From positions 1-51,499 of the forward strand of contig JBDHQE010000001.1 of NCBI GenBank assembly GCA_039806885.1: DNA of 51,499 nucleotides, in the 5' to 3' direction. Position 1 is the stretch's first letter. The number at the start of each line of letters is the position of its first letter. The position numbers were made by a program, and so were the translations under genes. Below the pieces are notes generated by a model. It had not been told where the DNA came from, made no database searches, and worked only from the letters and a program-made list of their open reading frames with translations. Below are positions 1 through 8,787 of this stretch, one piece after another. This stretch comes from Verrucomicrobiales bacterium (GTDB lineage Bacteria; Verrucomicrobiota; Verrucomicrobiia; Verrucomicrobiales; DEV007).

Positions 1-1
1 T

Positions 2-415
2 TCGCTAGAACAAGATGGTGCAACCCTGAGCGTGAGCCGAAATTCCGATACACGCGAACTTCGCTCTATGCACGGTACCGCTCGCAGTCTTGTTGCGAAC
101 ATGGTTCAGGGGGTATCTCATGGATTTACAAAAGAGCTTGAGATTGTGGGCGTCGGGTTTCGAGCTGCCGTTAAGGGGAGTCAATTAAATCTGACTCTTG
201 GGTACTCGCATCCGCTGAATCACGATATTCCGGAAGGAATTCGAGTAACTGTCGAGAACAACACGAATATTCGAGTTGAGGGGATAGACAAGCAGTTGGT
301 AGGGCAGTTCGCGGCTGAAGTGAGAGCTTATTATCCACCAGAGCCCTACAAAGGAAAGGGCGTGCATTACAAAGGCGAGAAGATTCGTCGTAAGCAGGGT
401 AAGAGTGTGCGATAA
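2..415 (+). CDS. rplF: 50S ribosomal protein L6 (5' partial; open from the window edge)
   Basis: Frame +2 is open from base 2. L6 motifs [16 protein letters not shown] and PPEPYKGKG; directly upstream of L18. Confidence 0.97.
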   Translation, partial: SLEQDGATLSVSRNSDTRELRSMHGTARSLVANMVQGVSHGFTKELEIVGVGFRAAVKGSQLNLTLGYSHPLNHDIPEGIRVTVENNTNIRVEGIDKQLVGQFAAEVRAYYPPEPYKGKGVHYKGEKIRRKQGKSVR

Positions 416-435
416 GAGAATATTTTATCAGATTT

Positions 436-792
436 ATGAGCAAATACGTTCGAAAACAAACGATCGCGCGACTCCATCGCCGAATTCGTCGGAAGATTTC
501 CGGGACAACCGAGAGGCCGAGATTGGCAGTTCACTTTTCCAATCAGCACGTTTACGCACAATTGATCGATGATACCTGTGGTCGCACGCTTGCCGCTGCT
601 TCGACTATGGATAAGTCGGTCGCGAATGGGAAGGCGAATCAAGAATCCGCTGCGAAGGTCGGTTCCGCTCTGGCTGAGAAGGCCAAGTCGGCGAAAATCG
701 AGAGCGTAGTCTTTGACCGAGGAGGCTTTCCCTATCATGGAAAGGTTAAGGCGCTTGCCGATGCGGCCCGGGAGGCAGGGTTAAATTTCTAA
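436..792 (+). CDS. rplR: 50S ribosomal protein L18
   Basis: [20 protein letters not shown] and [26 protein letters not shown]; spc operon order. Confidence 0.98.
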   Translation: MSKYVRKQTIARLHRRIRRKISGTTERPRLAVHFSNQHVYAQLIDDTCGRTLAAASTMDKSVANGKANQESAAKVGSALAEKAKSAKIESVVFDRGGFPYHGKVKALADAAREAGLNF

Positions 793-802
793 TATTGAAA
801 CT

Positions 803-1462
803 ATGAGCGACGAACTCAATGACGATACTCCAACAGAAGAGGCGGCGGCTAACACTGCGGAGATAGTGAGCGAACCAACGAGTGACGGCGAGGGAGATGC
901 GATTCCGCAGCACCTCGATAAGGTGAAGATTGCCGAAGACAGGCTTCGAGGATCTAATCCTCGTCCACAGCGCGATTCAGAAGAGGATATTTTTGAAAAG
1001 GTGGTGCACATCAACCGATGCTCCAAGGTTGTGAAGGGCGGACGTCGCTTTAGCTTCAGCGCGCTCGTTGTGAGCGGAGATCGCAAAGGGAATGTTGGAT
1101 TCGGTTTTGGTAAGGCTCTAGAAGTATCTGAGTGCATCAATAAGTCGACCGAATCCGCAAAACGTCAGATGACGTCTGTGAATATTACCGCGAATACGAT
1201 TCCTCATCCAGTGTTGGGTGAACATGGCGGCGCCAAGGTGCTTTTGCTTCCAGCGTCTCCGGGAACGGGATTAATCGCCGGAGGAGGTGTGAGAGCAGTT
1301 GTGGAAGCGGCTGGAATCAAGGACCTCCTTGCCAAATCGATGGGATCGAACAACCCTGCGAATGTGGTGAAGGCGACGTTGCAGGCGCTTGAGCAACTTC
1401 GTACGAAGGAGCAAATTTATGCAGGACGCGGTAAGCGTCTGCCCGAGAAAAAGGCTCTGTGA
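803..1462 (+). CDS. rpsE: 30S ribosomal protein S5 with acidic N-terminal extension
   Basis: [19 protein letters not shown] and [12 protein letters not shown] motifs. Confidence 0.98.
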   Translation: MSDELNDDTPTEEAAANTAEIVSEPTSDGEGDAIPQHLDKVKIAEDRLRGSNPRPQRDSEEDIFEKVVHINRCSKVVKGGRRFSFSALVVSGDRKGNVGFGFGKALEVSECINKSTESAKRQMTSVNITANTIPHPVLGEHGGAKVLLLPASPGTGLIAGGGVRAVVEAAGIKDLLAKSMGSNNPANVVKATLQALEQLRTKEQIYAGRGKRLPEKKAL

Positions 1463-1489
1463 GAGCGCAACCGATTTTGATTTTTATAC

Positions 1490-1936
1490 ATGAAATTGCA
1501 TGACTTAAAGCCAGCCCCGGGATCGAAGCATCGTCGCCGCCGCGTGGGTCGTGGAGAGAGTTCCGGTCTGGGACGTACTTCTGGTAAGGGAAACAAAGGT
1601 CAGAAGGCGCGTGCAGGTGCCTCGATTCGCCCCGGATTTGAGGGTGGCCAGATGCCTCTGGCACGTCGTCTTCCGAAGAAGGGGTTTAACAATGATCAAT
1701 TCAAGGATCAATATGCCGTTGTGAACGTCTCATCACTTGAGGCCAAGTTTTCGGATGGCGATGAGGTGAATGAAGAGAGCCTTCGCTCCGCTGGCCTTGT
1801 CAAGGGAAGGTGGGACGGAATCAAGATTTTGGGCAACGGCGAACTGACTCGTAAGCTGTCTGTCAGTGCCGATAAAATATCTGCGACTGCCCGTGAGAAG
1901 ATCGAGAAAGCTGGCGGTAGTATTGCCGCAGCTTGA
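1490..1936 (+). CDS. rplO: 50S ribosomal protein L15
   Basis: [24 protein letters not shown] and [15 protein letters not shown]. Confidence 0.98.
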   Translation: MKLHDLKPAPGSKHRRRRVGRGESSGLGRTSGKGNKGQKARAGASIRPGFEGGQMPLARRLPKKGFNNDQFKDQYAVVNVSSLEAKFSDGDEVNEESLRSAGLVKGRWDGIKILGNGELTRKLSVSADKISATAREKIEKAGGSIAAA

Positions 1937-1974
1937 ATTCCTTGCCGTTGAGCCTAACTCATTCACAGCCTTAG

Positions 1975-3483
1975 ATGATTTCTGCATTCACCAACACGAT
2001 GAAGATTCCGGAGCTGCGCTCTAGGATTCTTTACACATTGCTTCTTCTAGTGATCGTTCGACTCGGAGCGGTGGTTACCGTTCCAGGGGTGGATCAGAAT
2101 GTGTTGCAGGAATGGTACAATCAAGTGCAACAGCAATCGGGCGGTGGTCAAGGACTGACGCAGATGCTGGCGCTGATGAATGTGTTCAGCGGTGGCGGGC
2201 TGCAGAACTCTGCTCTCTTTGCGCTCGGGATCATGCCGTACATCAGTGCATCGATTATGATGCAGTTGATGACTGCGGTTGTTCCTTCGCTTAGTAAGAT
2301 CTCTCGTGAAGAAGACGGAAGACAGAAGATTAGCCTCTATACGCGAGTTCTTACCATCGTGCTGTGCCTGTTTCAAGGGTGGATGCTAGCGAAGTCGCTG
2401 GTTACTCCAGAGGCGAATCCCTTTCTCCGTGAGATTGCTAGCGGTTCCAGTCGTGAGCTCGTACCCGATGCCGGCCCATTCTTCGTTCTGAGAACAGTTC
2501 TCATCATTACCGCTGGAGCGATGCTCCTGATGTGGATCGGCGACCAGATGACGGAACGTGGTATCGGGAACGGTGTGTCGATCATTATTACAGTTAACAT
2601 CATTTACGCCCTCCCTGGTGCGCTTTTCCAAGTGTATCAAACCTATGTCGCCGGTGCGGGTGAGAATATGCTAAACCCTTTCAAGCTAGTGGCGCTACTG
2701 GCATTCCTCTTTATCGTAGTTGCCGCCGTGGTCGCGCTGACGGAGGCTCAACGACGAGTGCCGATTAATTATGCGAAGCAAGTACGTGGTGGGAAAATGT
2801 ACGGTGGGCAGACGCAGCATATGCCGCTGAAAGTGAATTATGGCGGAGTGATGCCGATCATCTTCGCTCAGGCGATTTTGATGTTCCCGTCTCAGATTAT
2901 CGGATGGATGTTCCCTAACGAGGTTTGGGCGCAGCGTGTGATGAGCATCCTTGGCGGTGGTTCGCACGGATGGGTGTATTACTCTCTGACGGGTGCGATG
3001 ATTTTCTTCTTCAGCTATTTCTGGGTTGCTACAATGTTCCAACCGAATCAGATTGCCGATGATCTCAAGAAGAACGGAGGTTACATTCCTGGCATTCGCC
3101 CCGGGAAGCCAACTGCAGAGTTTCTGGATCGATCCATGAGCCGTCTTACCTTTGCTGGCGCGATCTTTCTCACGATCATTGCGATCCTCCCCTCCATCCT
3201 CTCATCGAGCATGGGCGTGCCGCCGCTCGCCGCGCAGTTTTTCGGGGGAACTGGTTTGCTCATCATTGTGGCTGTTCTTCTCGATGTGATGAGACAGGTT
3301 GAGACGCACCTGATTCAGCGTCACTATGACGGGTTCCTGCGAAAAGGTCGTTTGCGGGGGCGCTTCGATAGTCCGGGAGGTACCGGATCACTGGCTAGTG
3401 GGAATCAATTGCTCTGGCTGTCAGTAATCGCTGCGATCCTGATCATCGGTGGATTGGTTTACTATCAAATCACTGCACATTGA
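1975..3483 (+). CDS. secY: Preprotein translocase subunit SecY
   Basis: FALGIMPYISASI, GIGNGVS, PLKVNYGGVMPIIFA, IPGIRPG, FFGGTGLLI; many TM segments; follows rplO. Confidence 0.98.
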   Translation: MISAFTNTMKIPELRSRILYTLLLLVIVRLGAVVTVPGVDQNVLQEWYNQVQQQSGGGQGLTQMLALMNVFSGGGLQNSALFALGIMPYISASIMMQLMTAVVPSLSKISREEDGRQKISLYTRVLTIVLCLFQGWMLAKSLVTPEANPFLREIASGSSRELVPDAGPFFVLRTVLIITAGAMLLMWIGDQMTERGIGNGVSIIITVNIIYALPGALFQVYQTYVAGAGENMLNPFKLVALLAFLFIVVAAVVALTEAQRRVPINYAKQVRGGKMYGGQTQHMPLKVNYGGVMPIIFAQAILMFPSQIIGWMFPNEVWAQRVMSILGGGSHGWVYYSLTGAMIFFFSYFWVATMFQPNQIADDLKKNGGYIPGIRPGKPTAEFLDRSMSRLTFAGAIFLTIIAILPSILSSSMGVPPLAAQFFGGTGLLIIVAVLLDVMRQVETHLIQRHYDGFLRKGRLRGRFDSPGGTGSLASGNQLLWLSVIAAILIIGGLVYYQITAH

Positions 3484-3528
3484 TCGGTCATCGTTTATTT
3501 GACTTTGCGTAAAATACCCGAGTCAGGG

Positions 3529-4344
3529 ATGGCAAAACGAAAATCACGTATCTTTTTGCGTAGCGGAAGTGAAGTCGATGGACTCCGCGAGGCAGGACGT
3601 TTTGCTGCCGAGGTGCTTAATTCAGCTTGTGAGGCCGTGAGTCCCGGCGTAACGACAGGCGAAATCGATCAGATTGCAGCCCACGCGATCGCTAAACTGG
3701 GATGTAAGAGTGCATTTTTAGGATACCGCGGCTATCCAGGTAACATTTGCATCTCCGTCAACGAAGAGGTTGTTCACGGGATTGGTGGAACTCGGGTGCT
3801 GAAGGACGGCGATATCGTCAAGATTGATGTCGGAGTGTCCACTCCGAAAGGCTGGATCGGTGATAACGCCAAGAGTGTGCCGGTGGGAAAGCTTTCGTCT
3901 GATGCCGAGAGTCTGCTCGCTTCAACCGAAGCTTCTCTCTATGCTGCGATCGCGGCAGCTAAGCAGGGCGTGCTTCTATCGGTGGTTTGCTCAGCTGTGG
4001 AAGGCTTCGTTTCACCACGCGGATATAGCGTAGTGCGGGAATTTGTCGGGCATGGAGTGGGAAGAAAGTTGCACGAGGAGCCGCAGGTTCCCAATTACTG
4101 GGAGGTCGACTCTATGCGGGCACGGGGATTTGCGAATCCTCGACTCGAGGCTGGAATGGTGCTCGCGATTGAGCCGATGGTGAATGCTGGAGGTCCTGAA
4201 ATCTGTATTCTGGACGATCAGTGGACTGTGATTACGCGGGATCAGTCGCTATCAGCTCACTTTGAACATACGGTATTGATAACGGACCAGGAGGCGGAGA
4301 TTCTCACTCCCCGTGAGAGGAGCTTTACCGCTCCGGCGGCATAG
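3529..4344 (+). CDS. map: Methionine aminopeptidase type I
   Basis: CISVNEEVVHG, GHGVGRKLHEEP, AIEPMVN, SAHFEHT. ATG at 3529 preferred over the TTG at 3499. Confidence 0.96.
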   Translation: MAKRKSRIFLRSGSEVDGLREAGRFAAEVLNSACEAVSPGVTTGEIDQIAAHAIAKLGCKSAFLGYRGYPGNICISVNEEVVHGIGGTRVLKDGDIVKIDVGVSTPKGWIGDNAKSVPVGKLSSDAESLLASTEASLYAAIAAAKQGVLLSVVCSAVEGFVSPRGYSVVREFVGHGVGRKLHEEPQVPNYWEVDSMRARGFANPRLEAGMVLAIEPMVNAGGPEICILDDQWTVITRDQSLSAHFEHTVLITDQEAEILTPRERSFTAPAA

Positions 4345-4399
4345 CCGCTAGATCCTTCGAAATAAAACTGAAATTTTGAATAAATTTTTGAAACAGCGG

Positions 4400-4428
4400 T
4401 TGCGAGATAGCGAATCTGTAGTAAAGGT
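4400..4428 (+). promoter_or_regulatory. Candidate sigma70-type promoter for rpmJ-rpsM-rpsK-rpsD
   Basis: TTGCGA (4400-4405), 17 nt, AAAGGT (4423-4428), preceded by an AT-rich UP-like tract. Imperfect -10. Confidence 0.35.
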
Positions 4429-4576
4429 TCCCTCCCCATTTTTGCGGAGAGACTTTATCTTTACACCGCTATCCTATGGCTCTCACGTTGATGCAGTGGG
4501 GACCGATTTGCTGTGGATGAACTCACTGGGCGATCCATTGTATTGACGAATTCTCTCATTTAACCCATAATCATTT

Positions 4577-4690
4577 ATGAAAGTTCGATCCTCGATCAAG
4601 CGACTATGCACCGAATGCCGAATTATTAAGCGGCACGGCGTTTTGCGCGTCATTTGCGAAAACCCCAAGCACAAACAGCGTCAAGGCTGA
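4577..4690 (+). CDS. rpmJ: 50S ribosomal protein L36 (zinc-ribbon form); not in the ORF track
   Basis: Manual translation [37 protein letters not shown] (37 aa, C-x2-C...C...H). Confidence 0.97.
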   Translation: MKVRSSIKRLCTECRIIKRHGVLRVICENPKHKQRQG

Positions 4691-4717
4691 GTGTAAGTTT
4701 ATTTAAAAACCACGAAT

Positions 4718-5089
4718 ATGGCACGTTTGTTAGGAGTAGAAATCCCGAATGAGAAGCGTATTGAAGCTTCTCTCTGTTACATTTATGGCATTGGGCGCGT
4801 GACTTCGGTCAAGGTGCTCGATGAGGCCGGTGTGAACCCGGATACTCGAACGGGGGAGTTGAGTGAGGATCAGATGGCGAGAATCGCCGCAGCGATTACT
4901 GGTGGCGGTATCATGATCGAGGGCGATCTGCGCCGTGATCTCCAGATTCACCTGAAGCGTCTTACCTCGATTAATTGCTATCGTGGGATCCGGCATCGCA
5001 GAAACTTGCCTGTCAGAGGCCAGCGGACTTCCACAAATGCTCGTACGAGAAAAGGAAAGCGTAAGACCGTGGGCGTCGTTCGGAAGTAA
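4718..5089 (+). CDS. rpsM: 30S ribosomal protein S13
   Basis: YIYGIG and [26 protein letters not shown]. Confidence 0.98.
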   Translation: MARLLGVEIPNEKRIEASLCYIYGIGRVTSVKVLDEAGVNPDTRTGELSEDQMARIAAAITGGGIMIEGDLRRDLQIHLKRLTSINCYRGIRHRRNLPVRGQRTSTNARTRKGKRKTVGVVRK

Positions 5090-5124
5090 TTGGCAACCGA
5101 AAGATTTCAAAACTCAAAAATTAT

Positions 5125-5664
5125 ATGGCTGAAGAGAATCCCCCAGAAGCGAGCGAAGCCCCGGTGACGGAAGCGGCTGTCGCTCCCGTTGAAGCTCCTG
5201 TCGAAGCACCTCGTAAGGAGAAGGAGCGACCCCGCACAGCTGAGGATATTTTCCTCGAAATGGAAAGTGCTGAAGGTGTTGAAAAGCCCAAGGTGCTGAA
5301 GGCAAAGGGAAGTAAGAATGTTCAGTCTGGGGTGGTTCATGTGGCGGCTACCTACAATAATACGATCGTTTCTGTGTGCGACCCCGTTGGAAATGTGATC
5401 GGGTGGTCGAGCTCCGGCAAGATGGGGTTTCGAGGCTCTCGGAAGAGTACGGCCTACGCTGCGCAGCTAGTGGCGCAGGATGCTTGCCGCCAAGCGATGG
5501 CACATGGCTTGAAACAAGCAGAAGTTCACGTGAAGGGCCCGGGTTCGGGACGTGAGTCCGCTGTGCGAGCCGTCCAAGGACTCGGTATCGAGGTGTCGCG
5601 GATTAAGGATGTAACACCCGTTCCACACAATGGGTGTCGCCCGAAAAAAGCTCGTCGAGTCTGA
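5125..5664 (+). CDS. rpsK: 30S ribosomal protein S11 with N-terminal extension
   Basis: [35 protein letters not shown]. Confidence 0.98.
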   Translation: MAEENPPEASEAPVTEAAVAPVEAPVEAPRKEKERPRTAEDIFLEMESAEGVEKPKVLKAKGSKNVQSGVVHVAATYNNTIVSVCDPVGNVIGWSSSGKMGFRGSRKSTAYAAQLVAQDACRQAMAHGLKQAEVHVKGPGSGRESAVRAVQGLGIEVSRIKDVTPVPHNGCRPKKARRV

Positions 5665-5696
5665 TTTTATCTAAAACAATTTTCTATTTTTCATCC

Positions 5697-6311
5697 ATGG
5701 CCAGATACACAGGTCCTTCAGATCGCATTAGTCGCCGCTTCGGAGTGGCATTGTTCGGACCCTCCAAAGCGTTGGAGCGTCGCCCTTATCCTCCTGGACA
5801 GCACGGTGCACGTGGCGCACGCAAAAAGCGGAGCGATTACGGAGTCGCGCTGAATGAAAAGCAGAAGCTACGCTTTCAATACGGCCTGCTTGAGAAACAG
5901 TTCCATCGCTACTACGAAGAGGCTCATCGACGCAGTGGGATCACGAGTGATATCATGGTTCAGCTTCTTGAGACTCGTCTTGATAATGTCTGCTATCGCT
6001 TAGGGCTAGGGAATACTCGTCGTGCGTCTCGACAGTTCGTTGGACATGGCCATGTGCTGGTCAATGGTAAGCGTGTAGATGTTCCTTCATATCAGGTGAA
6101 ACCCGGGGACAAAATCAGCGTGAGCGCTGCTGCTGCCTCTCGTCAGTTGGGTGCACGCCTGCTTGAGCAAACGCAGATCCGACCGGTGATGGACTGGTTG
6201 AGTTTTGATCGCGATGCCATGGAGGGCAGCATGTCGCGCCTGCCCGATGTTGCTGAGGAGATCGATACTATGGTTAACGTGCAGCTTATCGTGGAGTTGT
6301 ATTCACGTTAA
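5697..6311 (+). CDS. rpsD: 30S ribosomal protein S4
   Basis: MARYTGP start at 5697; PPGQHG, EKQKLRFQYG, LETRLDNV, IVELYSR. Confidence 0.98.
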   Translation: MARYTGPSDRISRRFGVALFGPSKALERRPYPPGQHGARGARKKRSDYGVALNEKQKLRFQYGLLEKQFHRYYEEAHRRSGITSDIMVQLLETRLDNVCYRLGLGNTRRASRQFVGHGHVLVNGKRVDVPSYQVKPGDKISVSAAAASRQLGARLLEQTQIRPVMDWLSFDRDAMEGSMSRLPDVAEEIDTMVNVQLIVELYSR

Positions 6312-6340
6312 GGCGAGTTAGCTAAAATTTTACGCTAATG

Positions 6341-6384
6341 GCCTCGGGTCGACTTCTAATGTGAAGTCGATCCGAGGCTTTTCT
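6341..6384 (+). terminator. Rho-independent terminator after rpsD
   Basis: 16-bp stem gcctcgggtcgacttc / gaagtcgatccgaggc (one G-U pair), 6-nt loop, followed by ttttct. Confidence 0.88.
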
Positions 6385-6506
6385 GTAAAGAGAAGCTGTG
6401 GTGTGAGAGTCCGTGCTAGGTCTCTTCGCGATCATGAGTTGAAAGAGTCCAACGAGATTATTATTTACAAGTGAGACTCTCCTGATACTCTATTTTCTTT
6501 AATTTT

Positions 6507-7409
6507 ATGAATCTGAAATTGAGTCTAAGTCTACCTTTCGGGATCTTGCTGTGCCTTGGTTGTTGTTTGATTAATGCTCAGGACAGTGCGGGTGGACCGT
6601 CTGCTGTGACGGAGGCAACCAGTTTTGAAGGGCGTGCGCGAGCACTGATGGAGCGCTATAAGGGAGCTCTTGTTGTCGTCACTGCCAAGGGCACGCTCAA
6701 AGCGACGACGTCGGGAGACCCGCTACCAGATCGCGCAGTCGAAAGGCGTACTCTCGGGGTTACGATTGGGGATGATGGCCTAGTCGTGGTCTCAAATTCG
6801 GCGATTGATGCAGCGGTGGGACTAGAAGGGCAGCAGGCTCAGATGGATAGTGCTGTCGTGGTGATCAAGTCGGCGAAGACTGAGTTTTCCCCGGCGGAAA
6901 TCAGCTATGGAGATACGACCTTATTGCATGGAAAGGTGGTCCGACAGGATCTGGATGCCGATGTAGCTTTCATTCTTCCAGTTGAGGCAGAGGTTAAAGG
7001 ATTGTCGAAGAAGTTCGAGAAGGTAGATCTTGCCGGGTTCGCTGCGACCGTGGATGCAGCGGATGAAGTGATCGGACTTTCTCGGTCGTCGGCAGTTTAT
7101 GGCTATATGCCAACCCTCGTTCTGGGGCGGATTACCGGCGTATTCAAAGGTGATCGGCCGTATTTCGTGACAGATGCGGGTACGGCTCAGGGGGTTCCGG
7201 TGTTCACGCTTGATGGTAAACCTGTGGGAGTCACGGTAATGCGGATTTTAGACGGGCAGCCTTCAGGAGTGCTGGGCACTTTGTCCGCTGGATCGATCCA
7301 GGTGATGGCGAACATTGCCAGAGACGCGGCAAAGGCGAACCCTTCCTCCGCAGAGGCTGCTGCTCCCGCCAAGGCGCCGACAGAAGACGCTCAGACGAAG
7401 GTGAAGTGA
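6507..7409 (+). CDS. Exported trypsin-like-fold protein, catalytic residues apparently absent
   Basis: Signal peptide. GVTIGDDGLVVVSN, DADVAFI and GVPVFTLDGKPVGV resemble HtrA/Trypsin_2 segments. Confidence 0.6.
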   Translation: MNLKLSLSLPFGILLCLGCCLINAQDSAGGPSAVTEATSFEGRARALMERYKGALVVVTAKGTLKATTSGDPLPDRAVERRTLGVTIGDDGLVVVSNSAIDAAVGLEGQQAQMDSAVVVIKSAKTEFSPAEISYGDTTLLHGKVVRQDLDADVAFILPVEAEVKGLSKKFEKVDLAGFAATVDAADEVIGLSRSSAVYGYMPTLVLGRITGVFKGDRPYFVTDAGTAQGVPVFTLDGKPVGVTVMRILDGQPSGVLGTLSAGSIQVMANIARDAAKANPSSAEAAAPAKAPTEDAQTKVK

Positions 7410-7613
7410 AATTGTAGGGCCTTTGTGAGGGCGGTTTTAAATCGCGGGGAAGCTGGCTCTAGTTGGCCTGGCAGGGGCGCTGTGCCTGCACGGAAGCGTT
7501 TTATGGCGCTTCGTTGCGAACGATCAGTCCGTACACAGGAGTAAACTTTTTCCTCGAATAGACGCTGAAGGCTTGAAGGCCTTCGACCTTTATCATAAGA
7601 ATAGAGGGCTTCC

Positions 7614-8627
7614 ATGATTCATCGTGTCTGTTTTTGTTTGAGTATTTCTGCGCTTACCGTGCTCAGCGCGATTGCGCAGGATCGCGCAGAGTTATTTGCT
7701 AAGGCTGTCGAGTCTCGGATTACAGCTGGTCATGTCGTGCGCGGCGATGATCCTGAGTGGTATTTCCCGACACGAGAAGTGAAGCATCTCGCGACAGGGC
7801 GCTTTTGGGAAAAGCCCTGGGAATCAGTGGCTGAAAATCATAGTGATCCCGTCGCGGGAATTCTGGAATTTCATGCGATGCTGAAAGAGAGAGGGGTCGA
7901 TCTGTTGCTAGTTCCGGTTCCTGCAAAGGGGGCTATCTATCCGGATTATTTGGTCAGTGACTTTCGTCCTGGGGATCCCGCAGCACTGGCGCCGTTTCTC
8001 AAGCAAATTCGCGAGAGTGGAGTCGATGTGCTCGATCTGGAGCCGGAGTTTCAAAAGGCCCGTGCAGCGGATTCCGGGGCACTGCTCTACTGTCGTCAAG
8101 ATGCACACTTTTCTCCTCTAGGGGCAGCGATGACAGCCCAACTGATCGCGAGTGCAAAGCCGATCACTGGTGGGACTCCCGGGCGTTACACTTTGGGAAA
8201 TCGGGAAATGCTCACTTTCGTCGGAGATCTGATTGAAGGAGATGAGAATGAACGTGTGGTGCCTCCCGAGTCGCTTCCTCTGAATTACGTGCTCACAGGG
8301 GGAACTGTTGGGGTGACACCTGACCCGAAGTCACCGGTGCTTCTGCTAGGCGACAGCCATACACTAATTTTCCACGAGGGGCGAGATGCCGGAATGCATT
8401 GTGTAGGAGCTGGTGTGTTGGATATGCTGGCACTCAAGTATGGGCTGGCTCCTGATTTAGTAGGCGTCCGGGGTTCTGGAATGGTGCAGGCGCGAAAGCA
8501 GCTTTTTTACAAGGCATCTTCGACTCCTGACTACTGGGAGGGGAAAAAGCTGGTGATCTGGCTGTTCAGCGCCCGAGAGTTCACACAGTCCACCGACAAG
8601 CCCGTGACGATCCCTTTGAGTCGCTGA
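7614..8627 (+). CDS. Exported AlgX/AlgJ-like SGNH polysaccharide O-acetyltransferase
   Basis: Signal peptide; LLLVPVPAKGAIYPD, D-x-H (RQDAHFS) and VLLLGDSH motifs typical of the ALGX family. Confidence 0.78.
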   Translation: MIHRVCFCLSISALTVLSAIAQDRAELFAKAVESRITAGHVVRGDDPEWYFPTREVKHLATGRFWEKPWESVAENHSDPVAGILEFHAMLKERGVDLLLVPVPAKGAIYPDYLVSDFRPGDPAALAPFLKQIRESGVDVLDLEPEFQKARAADSGALLYCRQDAHFSPLGAAMTAQLIASAKPITGGTPGRYTLGNREMLTFVGDLIEGDENERVVPPESLPLNYVLTGGTVGVTPDPKSPVLLLGDSHTLIFHEGRDAGMHCVGAGVLDMLALKYGLAPDLVGVRGSGMVQARKQLFYKASSTPDYWEGKKLVIWLFSAREFTQSTDKPVTIPLSR

Positions 8628-8787
8628 GCGAACGGGGACGATGACGGTCTTTGTAAAATTCAGAATTGAGACCGTGGTCCTTCACCGAGCCAAGGTCCGT
8701 GATTGGGGGAATATGGGAGGGGGATTCTGATTGCAATCGTCGGCGGAACTTTTTATTCTCGGCATCAAACTCAACCCTCAATTTTTT

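Noticed and set aside
4345-4576. infA remnant or tRNA in the map-rpmJ gap
   Set aside because: No IF-1-like translation and no cloverleaf or T-loop recognised.
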